Below are positions 10,611-27,887 of a stretch of 64,000 nucleotides of DNA, in pieces. Within the stretch, counting starts at the first letter, position 1, and each line of letters opens with the position of its first letter. A program made the position numbers and the translations under genes. Source of the DNA: Dehalococcoidia bacterium (GTDB taxonomy: Bacteria; Chloroflexota; Dehalococcoidia; Lucifugimonadales; Australimonadaceae); NCBI GenBank assembly GCA_034428375.1, contig DAOUHT010000144.1, forward strand, positions 1,742-65,741, given 5' to 3'. The notes under the pieces were generated by a model, which was given only the letters and a program-made list of their open reading frames with translations, was not told the origin of the DNA and did not search any database.

Positions 10611-11795
10611 ATGCAGGACGTTGTCATCGTAAGCGGCGCGCGGACGCCCGTGGGGCGGTTCGGGGGCGCATTCAAGGACCTGTTGGCCTCCGACCTCGGC
10701 GCCGTCGCCATCAAGGCAGCCGTCGAGCGCGCAGGCATCAGCCCGGAGGACGTTGACGAAGTCATCATGGGCAACGTGCTCCAAGCCGACGAGACGGGCT
10801 ACACCGCCCGCCGCGCGATGCTGAAAGCAGGGCTGCCGGACCACATCCCGGCGATGACCGTGAACCGGGCGTGCTCGTCCGGACTCGAGGCCATCAACCT
10901 CGCCGTGCAGGCCATCGCCACCGGCGAGTCGGAGGTGGTCGTCGCGGGAGGCGCTGACAGCATGAGCCGCGTGCCGTACCTCATGCGGGGCGTCCGGTTC
11001 GAGGGGCCGCGCATGGGCGACTACAGCGTCACGGACGGCCTCACGCTGGGCCTCACCTGCCCCATCTACGACTACCACATGGGCGTTACCGCGGAGAACG
11101 TTGCGACGCGCTTCGAGGTGAGCAGAGAGGCACAGGACGAGATGGCCGTGGACAGCCACCAGCGCGCCGTCCACGCGCAGGCGGAAGGCTACTTCGACAC
11201 GCAGATCGCGCCAGTGAGCGTTCCGCAGCGGCGGGGAGACCCCGTGGCCGTCGCGCAGGACGAGCATCCGCGTGCGGACACGACGCTCGAAGGGCTGGCC
11301 AAGCTACGCCCCGTCTTCAAGGACGGCGGCACGGTGACGGCGGGCAACTCCGCCGGCATCAACGACGGCGCCGCGGCTGTCGTCGTGATGTCGAGGGAGC
11401 GCGCGGAGGCGGAGGGGCTGACGCCGCGCCTGCGCTGGGTGGGCCGCGGCGTGTCAGGCGTCGACCCGTCAGTGATGGGCATCGGGCCGGTTCCGTCCAC
11501 ACGGAAGGTGTTGGAAAAGACCGGCATGGCGATAGCCGACCTGGACCTCGTCGAGTTGAACGAGGCGTTCGCGGCGCAGGCGCTCTACGTCATACGCGAG
11601 TTGGAGATGGACTGGGAGCGGACGAACGTCAACGGGAGCGGCATCTCGCTCGGGCACCCGGTAGGGGCGACCGGTGCGATCATGACGGTGAAGCTGATGG
11701 AGGAGCTGGCGCGCACGGACGGGCAGTTCGGGCTCGTGACGATGTGCGTCGGCGGGGGGCAGGGCGTTTCGACGATATTTGAGCGGCTCAACTAG
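10611..11795 (+). CDS. acetyl-CoA C-acetyltransferase (thiolase II)
   Basis: Starts MQDVVIVSGARTPVGRFGG after a GGGGGAG RBS. Has active-site NRACSSGL and C-terminal CVGGGQG. Track ORF trimmed from 10551. Confidence 0.9.
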   Translation: MQDVVIVSGARTPVGRFGGAFKDLLASDLGAVAIKAAVERAGISPEDVDEVIMGNVLQADETGYTARRAMLKAGLPDHIPAMTVNRACSSGLEAINLAVQAIATGESEVVVAGGADSMSRVPYLMRGVRFEGPRMGDYSVTDGLTLGLTCPIYDYHMGVTAENVATRFEVSREAQDEMAVDSHQRAVHAQAEGYFDTQIAPVSVPQRRGDPVAVAQDEHPRADTTLEGLAKLRPVFKDGGTVTAGNSAGINDGAAAVVVMSRERAEAEGLTPRLRWVGRGVSGVDPSVMGIGPVPSTRKVLEKTGMAIADLDLVELNEAFAAQALYVIRELEMDWERTNVNGSGISLGHPVGATGAIMTVKLMEELARTDGQFGLVTMCVGGGQGVSTIFERLN

Positions 11796-11824
11796 CGCCC
11801 GGTGGCGCAGGGCCGCTCCGAAGA

Positions 11825-11841
11825 GCCCCGCAATGCGGGGC
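11825..11841 (+). terminator. hairpin downstream of the thiolase gene
   Basis: GCCCCGC AAT GCGGGGC: 7-bp stem, 30 nt after the stop. No U-tract. Confidence 0.3.
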
Positions 11842-11857
11842 CAATGGTGTCTGCCCC

Positions 11858-11886
11858 TTGACGGCACTCCGCGCGCGTGCTAGTGT
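11858..11886 (+). promoter_or_regulatory. candidate sigma70-type promoter upstream of rpoB
   Basis: TTGACG (11858-11863), 17-nt spacer, TGC-TAGTGT (-10 at 11881-11886). Confidence 0.45.
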
Positions 11887-12035
11887 TAGCGGGAATGTTC
11901 ACCGCGCCTGAGCATCAGAAGCCCCGAATCCCTTAGATCGCCTTAGCCGAGGTCTAGCGTTGCATATCCGCTGGGCCTCTTTCCGTGTCTGTGCGAATCC
12001 GCAGGCCATGCGCTGCGAGGAGGATCGAGCCAGCA

Positions 12036-15908
<3,873 letters not shown>

Positions 15909-15953
15909 CAGCACACGCGGCCCCGGCCCGTGAGCGCACCGCACCGATAGTCA

Positions 15954-15969
15954 GCGGGGGCAACCCCGC
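15954..15969 (+). promoter_or_regulatory. rpoB-rpoC intercistronic hairpin with GNRA loop
   Basis: GCGGGG GCAA CCCCGC, immediately upstream of the rpoC RBS (AGGGGAG). Confidence 0.35.
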
Positions 15970-15986
15970 AGGGGAGAGCAGCGAAC

Positions 15987-20306
<4,320 letters not shown>

Positions 20307-20340
20307 CCTGCGCGCCGTTCAGAACGGACTCCACAGCATG

Positions 20341-20366
20341 GAAGGGCGCCCTGGCGGGCGCCCTTC
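20341..20366. terminator. GC-rich hairpin between convergent rpoC and ctaB (possible bidirectional terminator)
   Basis: GAAGGGCGCC / CTGGCG / GGCGCCCTTC: a perfect 10-bp stem. No U-tract on either strand. Confidence 0.45.
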
Positions 20367-20373
20367 TGCGTAA

Positions 20374-21246
20374 CTACGAGTACCAGGGCAGCATCGGTTC
20401 GACCGCCAGCGTGACGAACACGAGCGCGAGGTAGAGCAGCGAGTACTTGTACGCCGCGAGCGTGTCCCGAGAGTCTCCTCCACCGAGCAGCGGCCACGAC
20501 ATGCGCAGCCAGACCGCACTCAGCAGCGTCGTCACGAGCGCGAACGTCAGCCCGCCGTAGCCTGCGGCGAGCGGCAGCCAGGCCATCGCGGCCAGCAGCG
20601 CAACGTACAGCAGCACCTGCCGGGCGGTGTCGCGCTGCTTCGCTACTGCGGCCAACATCGGCACGTTCGCGGCGGCGTAGTCCTCCCGCAGCAGCATGGA
20701 GAGCGTCCAGAAGTGGGGCGGCGTCCAGAAGAAGACGAACGCGAACATATAGAGCCCCAGCGCCGTAAACTCGCCCGACACCGCTGCCGCTCCGATGAGC
20801 GGCGGGAACGCTCCCGCAGCGCCGCCGATGACGATGTTGTTCCACGAACGCCGCTTGAGCAGCATCGTGTAGACCAGCACGTAGACCGCAGCCGCGGCGA
20901 AGGTGAGGGCTGCCGCCAGCGGGTTCGCTCCCGCTGCCATGAGGGCCGTCGCTGCGGCCACGAGCACCACCCCGACGAGCGCGGCGTTCCGCGCACTGAT
21001 CTGTTGCGCGGGCACCGGGCGCACCCTGGTGCGCCGCATCACGGTGTCTATGTCTGCGTCCAGGCTCTGGTTGATGGCGTTCGCGCCACCTGCGGCGAGC
21101 GCTCCCGCGACAACGACCGTCAGCAGCACGAGCGCATCGGGCGAGCCCGCTGCCGCCTTCCATGCCCCTGCCGCTCCCGTGACTACAAGCAGCAATACGA
21201 TGCGCGGCTTGCAGAGTGCCGTCACTTGGCGGAGGAACGACGCCAT
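20374..21246 (-). CDS. ctaB: protoheme IX farnesyltransferase (heme O synthase)
   Basis: UbiA-family polytopic protein (LCKPRIVLLLV, NQSLDADIDTVMRRT). Start set at ATG 21246, which overlaps the ctaA stop as ATGA. The longer track ORF is Arg-rich shadow sequence. Confidence 0.88.
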   Translation of the reverse strand: MASFLRQVTALCKPRIVLLLVVTGAAGAWKAAAGSPDALVLLTVVVAGALAAGGANAINQSLDADIDTVMRRTRVRPVPAQQISARNAALVGVVLVAAATALMAAGANPLAAALTFAAAAVYVLVYTMLLKRRSWNNIVIGGAAGAFPPLIGAAAVSGEFTALGLYMFAFVFFWTPPHFWTLSMLLREDYAAANVPMLAAVAKQRDTARQVLLYVALLAAMAWLPLAAGYGGLTFALVTTLLSAVWLRMSWPLLGGGDSRDTLAAYKYSLLYLALVFVTLAVEPMLPWYS

Positions 21247-22124
21247 CAGCGCGTCCGTCCGAGGAGCGCGAAACTGAACTGCGCCACGACCGCCCACCAC
21301 ACTGCCGCGGCGAGTCCGAGATGCATGATGCGCAGCTCCTGCGGCAGCCGGAGCCAGACCGCGCTCACGCCCACCGTGAACTGCGCCGCCGCCAGCAGCG
21401 CGGCGATCACGCTCACATAGAACACCCATCCACCGATGCGGTATGCCTGCCAGGCCGTCCATATCAGCGCCAGCAGCAACGCCGTCGCCGCGACGCGGTG
21501 CACGAGATGCACCCACGCGGCCTCCGTGCCGCTGCGGGCATCGCACAGGGGGAGGCCGGGGCAGCCGGCGCTGTGCCCTGTGCCGACGATCGTTCCTCCG
21601 GCGAGCACGACGAACGCCGCCGCGATGACGAGCGCTCGCCATCGCCTGACATCCGGGGGCGGCGAGAGGCGCACGTCGAGCGCTCTCGCCGCGCCTCCGG
21701 TGAGGAGCGCGAGCGTCAGCAGGGAGAACGTGAGGTGTGCAAGCCGCACCATGCTGTGCAGCTCAGTGAGCACGGTGATGCCCCCGAGCACAGCCTGCAC
21801 GAGGATCGCCACAAGCGCCCAGACCAGCAATCGCGAGGTGAGCCGGTCATGCGCACGAGCGCGGAAGGCGAGCGCGGCGGAGGCTGCCACGAGCAGCATC
21901 GTCACGCCTGCATAGACGCGATGACCGAACTCGATGGCGGTCGCGCCCTCTATCTCCGGGACGAGCACGCCCTCACAGAGGGGCCAGTCGGGGCAACCGA
22001 GGCCGGAGCCGGACACGCGCACCCACGAGCCGTATGCGATGAGGCCCAGCGTGAGCACGGACGCCACGAGAGCGAGCCACCCTGCGCGGCGGACGTCCAC
22101 CGCGCGTACTCCATGCGTCACCAT
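21246..22124 (-). CDS. ctaA: heme A synthase (COX15/CtaA)
   Basis: 8-TM protein with GSGLGCPDWPLC and conserved His pairs (EFGHR, VHLVHR). Confidence 0.85.
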   Translation of the reverse strand: MVTHGVRAVDVRRAGWLALVASVLTLGLIAYGSWVRVSGSGLGCPDWPLCEGVLVPEIEGATAIEFGHRVYAGVTMLLVAASAALAFRARAHDRLTSRLLVWALVAILVQAVLGGITVLTELHSMVRLAHLTFSLLTLALLTGGAARALDVRLSPPPDVRRWRALVIAAAFVVLAGGTIVGTGHSAGCPGLPLCDARSGTEAAWVHLVHRVAATALLLALIWTAWQAYRIGGWVFYVSVIAALLAAAQFTVGVSAVWLRLPQELRIMHLGLAAAVWWAVVAQFSFALLGRTR

Positions 22125-22128
22125 CTAC

Positions 22129-22332
22129 CTAGGCCACCCTATACGACATGACGGCGAGGATGGCGATGAGGCCCACGGGGAGCAGGGTCCAGACGACCTC
22201 GGCGGCGCGTGTGCCCAGGATGCCGCGCGAGGCGTCCTGCTGCACGCGCATGCGCAGCGCAGTGACGACGATGGCCACCTCGGCCAGCGCCATGAGGCTG
22301 ACGACTATCCAGAATCCTGCGTGGGGTGTCAT
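22129..22332 (-). CDS. small 2-TM protein resembling the transmembrane domain of cytochrome oxidase subunit II
   Basis: 67 aa from the internal ATG at 22332. AAEVVWTLLPVGLIAILAV matches the E-x-x-W-T-x-x-P motif of COX2 TM helix 2, with no cupredoxin domain. Its stop lies 5 nt before the ctaA start. Confidence 0.45.
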   Translation of the reverse strand: MTPHAGFWIVVSLMALAEVAIVVTALRMRVQQDASRGILGTRAAEVVWTLLPVGLIAILAVMSYRVA

Positions 22333-22460
22333 GTGCAGCGGTACGAGAGCACGCGGGCAATCCTCCCCGCCCCGGCGCGCCTCCTCTATGGTAGCGTAAG
22401 CGGGCTGCCGCCGCCACGTTCCGCCGAGTGACAGGCGGCGGTCCAACGAGGAGGTGAGCG

Positions 22461-23207
22461 ATGGCGATACGCGAGGAAGAGCTCGACCTGCCAGTGGACG
22501 AGGGGGAGATGGCCGTCTTCCTCTATGAACCGGAGGGCGCCGGACCGTTGCCATCGATCATCATGGTGCACGACGCCGTCGGCCTGACCGTTGAGGCGCG
22601 CGAGCAGGCCAAGTGGCTCGCCGAGCACGGCTACACCGTGGCCGCGCCGGACGTCTTCCACCGCGCGGGGCGCCTGCTGACGCTGCCAGCGCTCGGCGAC
22701 GGGCCCGACGCTACGCCCCGCATCCGGGCGGGCATGACTAACGACGGCCACTGCGCGGACGTCACGCGCCTCGCCGCCTTCCTGCGCGAACGCTCCGGCA
22801 GCGACGGGCGCGTCGGGCTCACGGGGTTCTGCCTCGGCGGGCGCATCTCGTTCCTCGGCGCGACGCTGGGGGGCGTCGTGGACGCGACCGTGGCGTTCTA
22901 CCCCACGCGGCTGCTGGAGTCCGACCCCGCTATCCCCGGCTCGCCGTGGCCGGTCCAGGGGGCAGGGAACGTCACGAACCCGCTGTTGATGTTCTTTCCA
23001 GCGCTGGACGGCTTCAACCCGTACTCGAACGTCGAGGCGATCAGGGCCGCGTTCCCGGATACGGCGGACCACGTCCGGGCCGTGTGGGTGGAGGACGCCG
23101 ACCACGCCTTCGCGCAGCCGGAGAGCGGCGCGTACCACCCGGAGCGCGCCGCCGGGGCGTGGGAGGAGGCGCTCGCATTCTTCGACAGGCATCTGCGGCA
23201 GATATAA
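22461..23207 (+). CDS. dienelactone hydrolase family protein
   Basis: GAGPLPSIIMVHDAVGL, nucleophile elbow GFCLGGR and C-terminal HAF motif. RBS GAGGAGG. Confidence 0.8.
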   Translation: MAIREEELDLPVDEGEMAVFLYEPEGAGPLPSIIMVHDAVGLTVEAREQAKWLAEHGYTVAAPDVFHRAGRLLTLPALGDGPDATPRIRAGMTNDGHCADVTRLAAFLRERSGSDGRVGLTGFCLGGRISFLGATLGGVVDATVAFYPTRLLESDPAIPGSPWPVQGAGNVTNPLLMFFPALDGFNPYSNVEAIRAAFPDTADHVRAVWVEDADHAFAQPESGAYHPERAAGAWEEALAFFDRHLRQI

Positions 23208-23231
23208 TCGCCGCCCCGCGTGGGGGGCGAG

Positions 23232-23251
23232 ATTCCCGCTTTCGCGGGAAT
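23232..23251. repeat. REP family A palindrome (ATTCCCGC n4 GCGGGAAT)
   Basis: ATTCCCGC TTTC GCGGGAAT, between the two dienelactone hydrolase genes. Confidence 0.8.
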
Positions 23252-23354
23252 GACGAAGTAAGGCGGGAACGACGCAGTGAGGCGGAATGGCAGCGTGAGG
23301 CGGCAATAGCGGCAAGCAGCGCTTATCAGCACCTGAGCACAGAGGAGCACTCGC

Positions 23355-24089
23355 ATGGACACGATTGAACAGGTTGTCGACATCGAAACGGCGGACGGGG
23401 CGATGGCAACGCCGACATCGCGCCCCGCGGACGGCGGGACGCACCCGGGGGTCGTCGTCATCATGGAGGCGTTCGGCGTGAACCCGAACATCGAGGGCAT
23501 CGTGCAGCGGTTCGCGAGCGAGGGCTACGTCGCCGCCGCGCCTGACCTCTTCCACCGCTCCGGCCGGCTGCGGTATGCCCCCTACGACAAGCTGCAGGAG
23601 ATGCGGGAGGACCTGCGCTCCGGCGGCTTCGGCGACGCGTCCATCGACATGGACGTGCAGGCCACGATTGACTACCTGCGCAGCGACCCGAACGTCGGCG
23701 CGATAGGCATCGTCGGGTTCTGCCTCGGCGGGCGCGTCTCGATGCAGTCGGCGATACGCGCGAGCGGGCTGTCGGCGGCTGCGGTCTACTACGGCGGTTT
23801 CATGTTCCCGGGCGACGACCAGCCTGAAGCGTTTCACGCGCTGCGCGAGGCCGAGGCGCTCTCGATCCCGGTGATGGGTTTCTTCGGTGAGGACGACCAG
23901 AACCCTTCGCCGGAGCAAGTGAAGGAGCTGGACGAGCGGCTCAACTCTCTCAGCAAGGAGCATGTGTTCCACTCCTACGCCGGCGCGGGCCACGGATTCG
24001 TCTGCGACGACCGCGCCAGCCACAACGCGGAGGCCGCTGCCGACTCGTGGGCGAAGACGCTGGCGTTCTTCGGGGAGCGGCTGGGCTGA
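23355..24089 (+). CDS. dienelactone hydrolase family protein (paralogue)
   Basis: Same architecture (GVVVIMEAFGV, GFCLGGR, GHGF). Tandem with 22461-23207. Confidence 0.8.
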   Translation: MDTIEQVVDIETADGAMATPTSRPADGGTHPGVVVIMEAFGVNPNIEGIVQRFASEGYVAAAPDLFHRSGRLRYAPYDKLQEMREDLRSGGFGDASIDMDVQATIDYLRSDPNVGAIGIVGFCLGGRVSMQSAIRASGLSAAAVYYGGFMFPGDDQPEAFHALREAEALSIPVMGFFGEDDQNPSPEQVKELDERLNSLSKEHVFHSYAGAGHGFVCDDRASHNAEAAADSWAKTLAFFGERLG

Positions 24090-24106
24090 TCCTCCGAACC
24101 TACGTG

Positions 24107-24208
24107 CCATTCCGAGCGAAGCGCCGTGGAACCGAGGAATCTCTCCGGCGACGCCCCCTCCTGCGCGAACGCTCGTCCGAGAGATGTTTCGACTACGCTC
24201 AACATGAC
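24107..24208. repeat. head-to-head pair of REP family B elements (GTCATGCTGAGCGnAGCnGAAGCATCTCTC type)
   Basis: CCATTCCGAGCGAAGCG...GAATCTCTC (24107-24145), and the inverted copy GAGAGATGTTTCGACTACGCTCAACATGAC (24179-24208). Confidence 0.7.
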
Positions 24209-24231
24209 AACGACAACAGAGGAGATGCCCC

Positions 24232-25623
24232 ATGGCCAACGCATATGACGTCATCATCATCGGAGGCGGGTCCGCAGGCGAGAATGTCGCCGGGCGGACG
24301 GCACCCGCCGGACTGAGCACCGCCATCGTCGAAGCGGAATTGGTTGGGGGCGAGTGTTCGTACTGGGCGTGCATGCCGAGCAAGGCGCTGCTCCGCCCGG
24401 GCGAGGCGCTCGCCGCGGCGAAGCGCGTGCCTGCCGTCCGAGACGCCGTTACCGGCACGGTGGACGCGGCCCGCGCGCTGCGCGCCCGCGACGCGTTCGC
24501 GAGCCACTGGAGCGACGCCGGGCAGGAGCAGTGGGTCGCTTCCGTGGGAGCGACGCTCATCCGTGGCTGGGGACGGCTCGACGGCGAGAAGCGCGTCGTC
24601 GTGGAGATGGCGGACGGCAGGGGGAGCGTCGAACTTGAGGCGAACAAGGCGGTCGTGCTCGCAACGGGCTCCGTCGCATTCGTGCCGCCCATCGAGGGGC
24701 TGGCCGAGGCCGAGCCGTGGACGAGCCGCGAGATCACATCGGCGAAGAGCGTGCCGGAGAGCCTCATCATCATCGGCGGGGGCGTCGTCGGGCTGGAGAT
24801 GGCGCAGGCGTGGAAGTCGCTCGGCGCGGCCGAGGTGACGGTACTGGAGCGCAGGACGCCCGAGGACACGCCCCTGTTCGAGCCGTTCGCGCTGCGGGCG
24901 GTCGTCGATTCGCTGGAGGCACAGGGCGTCGTCTTCCGGTTCGGATGCGTCGTTGCTGCGGCGAACCGCACGAGCGACGGCGTGAGCGTGACGATGGACA
25001 ACGGCGAGACGCTGTACGCGCAGGAGCTGCTCGTGGCAGCGGGACGCACCGGCGTCGTAAACGGCGTCGGGCTGGAGACCGTCGGCGTCGACGCGCAGCG
25101 GTACGTGAAGGTGAACGACCACCTGCAGGTGGAGGGGGCGGACGGCGGCTGGTTGTACGCCGTGGGCGACGTGAACGGACGGGCGCTGCTGACGCACCAG
25201 GGCAAGTACCAGGCGCGGCAGGCGGGCGACCACATCCGGGGCCTCGACGCGTCCGCCTGGGCGGACAACGGCATGGTGCCCGCGGTTGTGTTCACTGACC
25301 CGCAGATCGGCAGCGTGGGGCTGACGGAGCGGGCCGCCCGCGAGCGCGGCCTGAACATCCGCGTCATCGAGATGGGCTGGCCGGTCGCCGCCGCGCCGCT
25401 GCACGGCGAGCACTTCAGCGGCGGTGCGAAGTTCGTCGTGGACGAGGACCGGCGGGTGCTCGTCGGGGCGACGTTCGCGGGGCCGGAGGTCGGTGAGCTG
25501 ACGCACGCGGCGACCATCGCCATCGTAGGCGAGGTGACGCTCGACCGGCTGTGGCACGCGACGCCGTCGTTCCCAACGCTGAGCGAGGTGTGGCTGCGCT
25601 TCCTGGAGACGTACGGCCTGTGA
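24232..25623 (+). CDS. class-I pyridine nucleotide-disulfide oxidoreductase (flavoprotein disulfide reductase)
   Basis: DVIIIGGGSAGE FAD motif, redox-active GGECSYWACMPSK (CxxxxC), second Rossmann IIIGGGVVGLE and a dimerisation domain. Confidence 0.85.
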   Translation: MANAYDVIIIGGGSAGENVAGRTAPAGLSTAIVEAELVGGECSYWACMPSKALLRPGEALAAAKRVPAVRDAVTGTVDAARALRARDAFASHWSDAGQEQWVASVGATLIRGWGRLDGEKRVVVEMADGRGSVELEANKAVVLATGSVAFVPPIEGLAEAEPWTSREITSAKSVPESLIIIGGGVVGLEMAQAWKSLGAAEVTVLERRTPEDTPLFEPFALRAVVDSLEAQGVVFRFGCVVAAANRTSDGVSVTMDNGETLYAQELLVAAGRTGVVNGVGLETVGVDAQRYVKVNDHLQVEGADGGWLYAVGDVNGRALLTHQGKYQARQAGDHIRGLDASAWADNGMVPAVVFTDPQIGSVGLTERAARERGLNIRVIEMGWPVAAAPLHGEHFSGGAKFVVDEDRRVLVGATFAGPEVGELTHAATIAIVGEVTLDRLWHATPSFPTLSEVWLRFLETYGL

Positions 25624-25720
25624 ACGGGGCCAGCGAGCGGTACAAGATGCGCAACTCCATGAAATTCTGCACACCTTGTTGTATCCGTTACGAGTAAACG
25701 GGGTGTTCGGTTTGAGCGTC

Positions 25721-25789
25721 TTGAGCACCTTGTGATGGCGTCAGGCAGGCCACGGCCTGCTTCCCGTGACGATCGAACAAGGTGCTCAA
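25721..25789. repeat. 69-nt nested hairpin element with 13-bp perfect outer arms
   Basis: TTGAGCACCTTGT ... ACAAGGTGCTCAA, with inner CGTCA/TGACG and GCAGGCC/GGCCTGC pairings. Confidence 0.65.
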
Positions 25790-25959
25790 CGAATTCAAGA
25801 GTTTGCGCCGCTTCCATAGAGCGCTTCAATACCTGGCGCCATGCATCCATAGATGTGGTCTATAGGTGGGGCATACAGCAGATTCATGTAACCAGCGTAG
25901 CGGGCGCGGGGGCGACCGGGTAAGAGGCAGATGTCACTCGTTGGGACGGGGCTGCGAGG

Positions 25960-25977
25960 TTCCCGCCTGCGCGGGAA
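25960..25977. repeat. REP family A palindrome
   Basis: TTCCCGC CTGC GCGGGAA. Confidence 0.75.
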
Positions 25978-26042
25978 AGACGGTAGAAGGAACCCCACGC
26001 CACCCCCTCCGGTTCACCCTCACCGCGCGCTGAAGCGCGTTG

Positions 26043-26085
26043 CCCTCCTCCCTTCAAGGGAGAGGGGATCAAGCAGGGTGTGGGG
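26043..26085. repeat. REP family C element (CCCTCTCCC n GGGAGAGGG ... GGGTGAGGG type)
   Basis: CCCTCCTCCCTTCAAGGGAGAGGGGATCAAGCAGGGTGTGGGG. Confidence 0.65.
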
Positions 26086-26137
26086 TCCGGCCTGCGCGGG
26101 ATGGTTCGACAGGCTCACCATGAGCGGGGCGCACCCT

Positions 26138-26177
26138 GAGAGATCTTTCGACTCCGCTGCGCTCCGCTCGAAATGAC
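26138..26177. repeat. REP family B element (inverted orientation)
   Basis: GAGAGATCTTTCGACTCCGCTGCGCTCCGCTCGAAATGAC. Confidence 0.7.
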
Positions 26178-26210
26178 GACCTCCGAGTCCATCCACGGGA
26201 CCCCTCTCTG

Positions 26211-26238
26211 TTGCCGCGCGTGGCGGGGCGCGTAAACT
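26211..26238 (+). promoter_or_regulatory. candidate promoter giving a leaderless menB mRNA
   Basis: TTGCCG, 16 nt, TAAACT (26233-26238). The ATG at 26245 is only 6 nt downstream and has no Shine-Dalgarno. Confidence 0.4.
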
Positions 26239-26244
26239 GCCCGC

Positions 26245-27042
<798 letters not shown>

Positions 27043-27115
27043 GGGAACAGGGGCAGAGTGGACTATACTGCTGGGCGTGGCGCCCGCACCGGGGCGGTCA
27101 TGCGGAGGGCAGGCG

Positions 27116-27406
27116 ATGGCAGGCATGGCGGAACGATCAAGCGGAGCCGGCAGCGGGGGGTTCTTCCCCGTCGACGAGAAGGCCTGTGCGCAACACGACG
27201 CCGACCGGGCATGGCTGGAGGCCCACCGCGCCGAGCTGTACGAGCGGTATCCGAAGCACTCGATAGCCGTCTACAAGGGCCGGGTCATCGCGGCCAGCCC
27301 GGACGAAGAGGCGATGATCAACGAGGCATACCGGGCAGCGAAGGAGCATATCGGCTACGTCGTGGTGGACTACCTGCGAAGCCCCGACGAGATACTGATC
27401 TTCTAA
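27116..27406 (+). CDS. DUF5678-like small protein
   Basis: WLEAHRAELYERYPKHSIAVYKGRVIAASPDEEAMINEA resembles DUF5678 proteins. ATG 27116 follows GGAGGG; the track ORF starts at 27077. Confidence 0.5.
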   Translation: MAGMAERSSGAGSGGFFPVDEKACAQHDADRAWLEAHRAELYERYPKHSIAVYKGRVIAASPDEEAMINEAYRAAKEHIGYVVVDYLRSPDEILIF

Positions 27407-27416
27407 GCGCTGCCGC

Positions 27417-27844
27417 ATGCCCGACATCAGAGCAACGGTCCAGCAGACTAATTCCTCCGCCCGAATCGTCGTAAGCGCTTATGTAGGTCTGCCTCTGTAT
27501 GCAGTAGAGCCAGCAGTGGTGGACTTTGTCGTCGATACCGGCGCGGAAACGTCTGTGCTTGCGTTCAGGGACTGGACACGCATCGTTGCTCCCAGCCTAC
27601 AGGCAACCCTGTCAGCCAATGCTGGGGCACGAAGCGCAGGTGGGACCGTTCGCGGTGCGACGACTGAGGCCGTCCTCCGGTTTCTCGCAATTGATGGTGA
27701 GGAATACCATTGCGCCCTCGATAATCTGTTTCTCTTACTCGAACTTGGAGCAGGTTGCCGTCTCTCCTGGGGATGGACGTGATGTTGCGCGGGGGCATGA
27801 CCTTCGACTATTCATCAGGGCACGCCGTGCTCTCGCTCGGCTGA
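27417..27844 (+). pseudogene. retropepsin-like (clan AA) aspartic protease, reading frame broken
   Basis: The frame starting at 27417 contains VDFVVDTGAETSVL (the D-T-G-A active site) and stops at 27780-27782. The expected C-terminal LLGMDVMLRGGMTFDYSSGHAVLSLG continues in the -1 frame from 27764 to TGA 27842-27844. Confidence 0.6.
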
Positions 27845-27887
27845 ACAACCCGGTACTGCGCCGCCCTGCTCCCGCACGCGGTGGCTT

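Noticed and set aside
22386-25850. 1154-aa ORF on the minus strand, the longest non-polymerase ORF in the track
   Set aside because: It is antisense to three well-supported plus-strand genes (two dienelactone hydrolases and the flavoprotein reductase). Its product is low-complexity and Arg/Ala/Pro/Ser-rich, with no recognisable motif. This is a typical shadow ORF of high-GC DNA.
27725-27764. Programmed -1 ribosomal frameshift in the retropepsin-like gene
   Set aside because: There is no X XXY YYZ slippery heptamer in the zero frame in the region where the shift must occur, and no obvious downstream pseudoknot. A mutation or a sequencing error is the simpler explanation.
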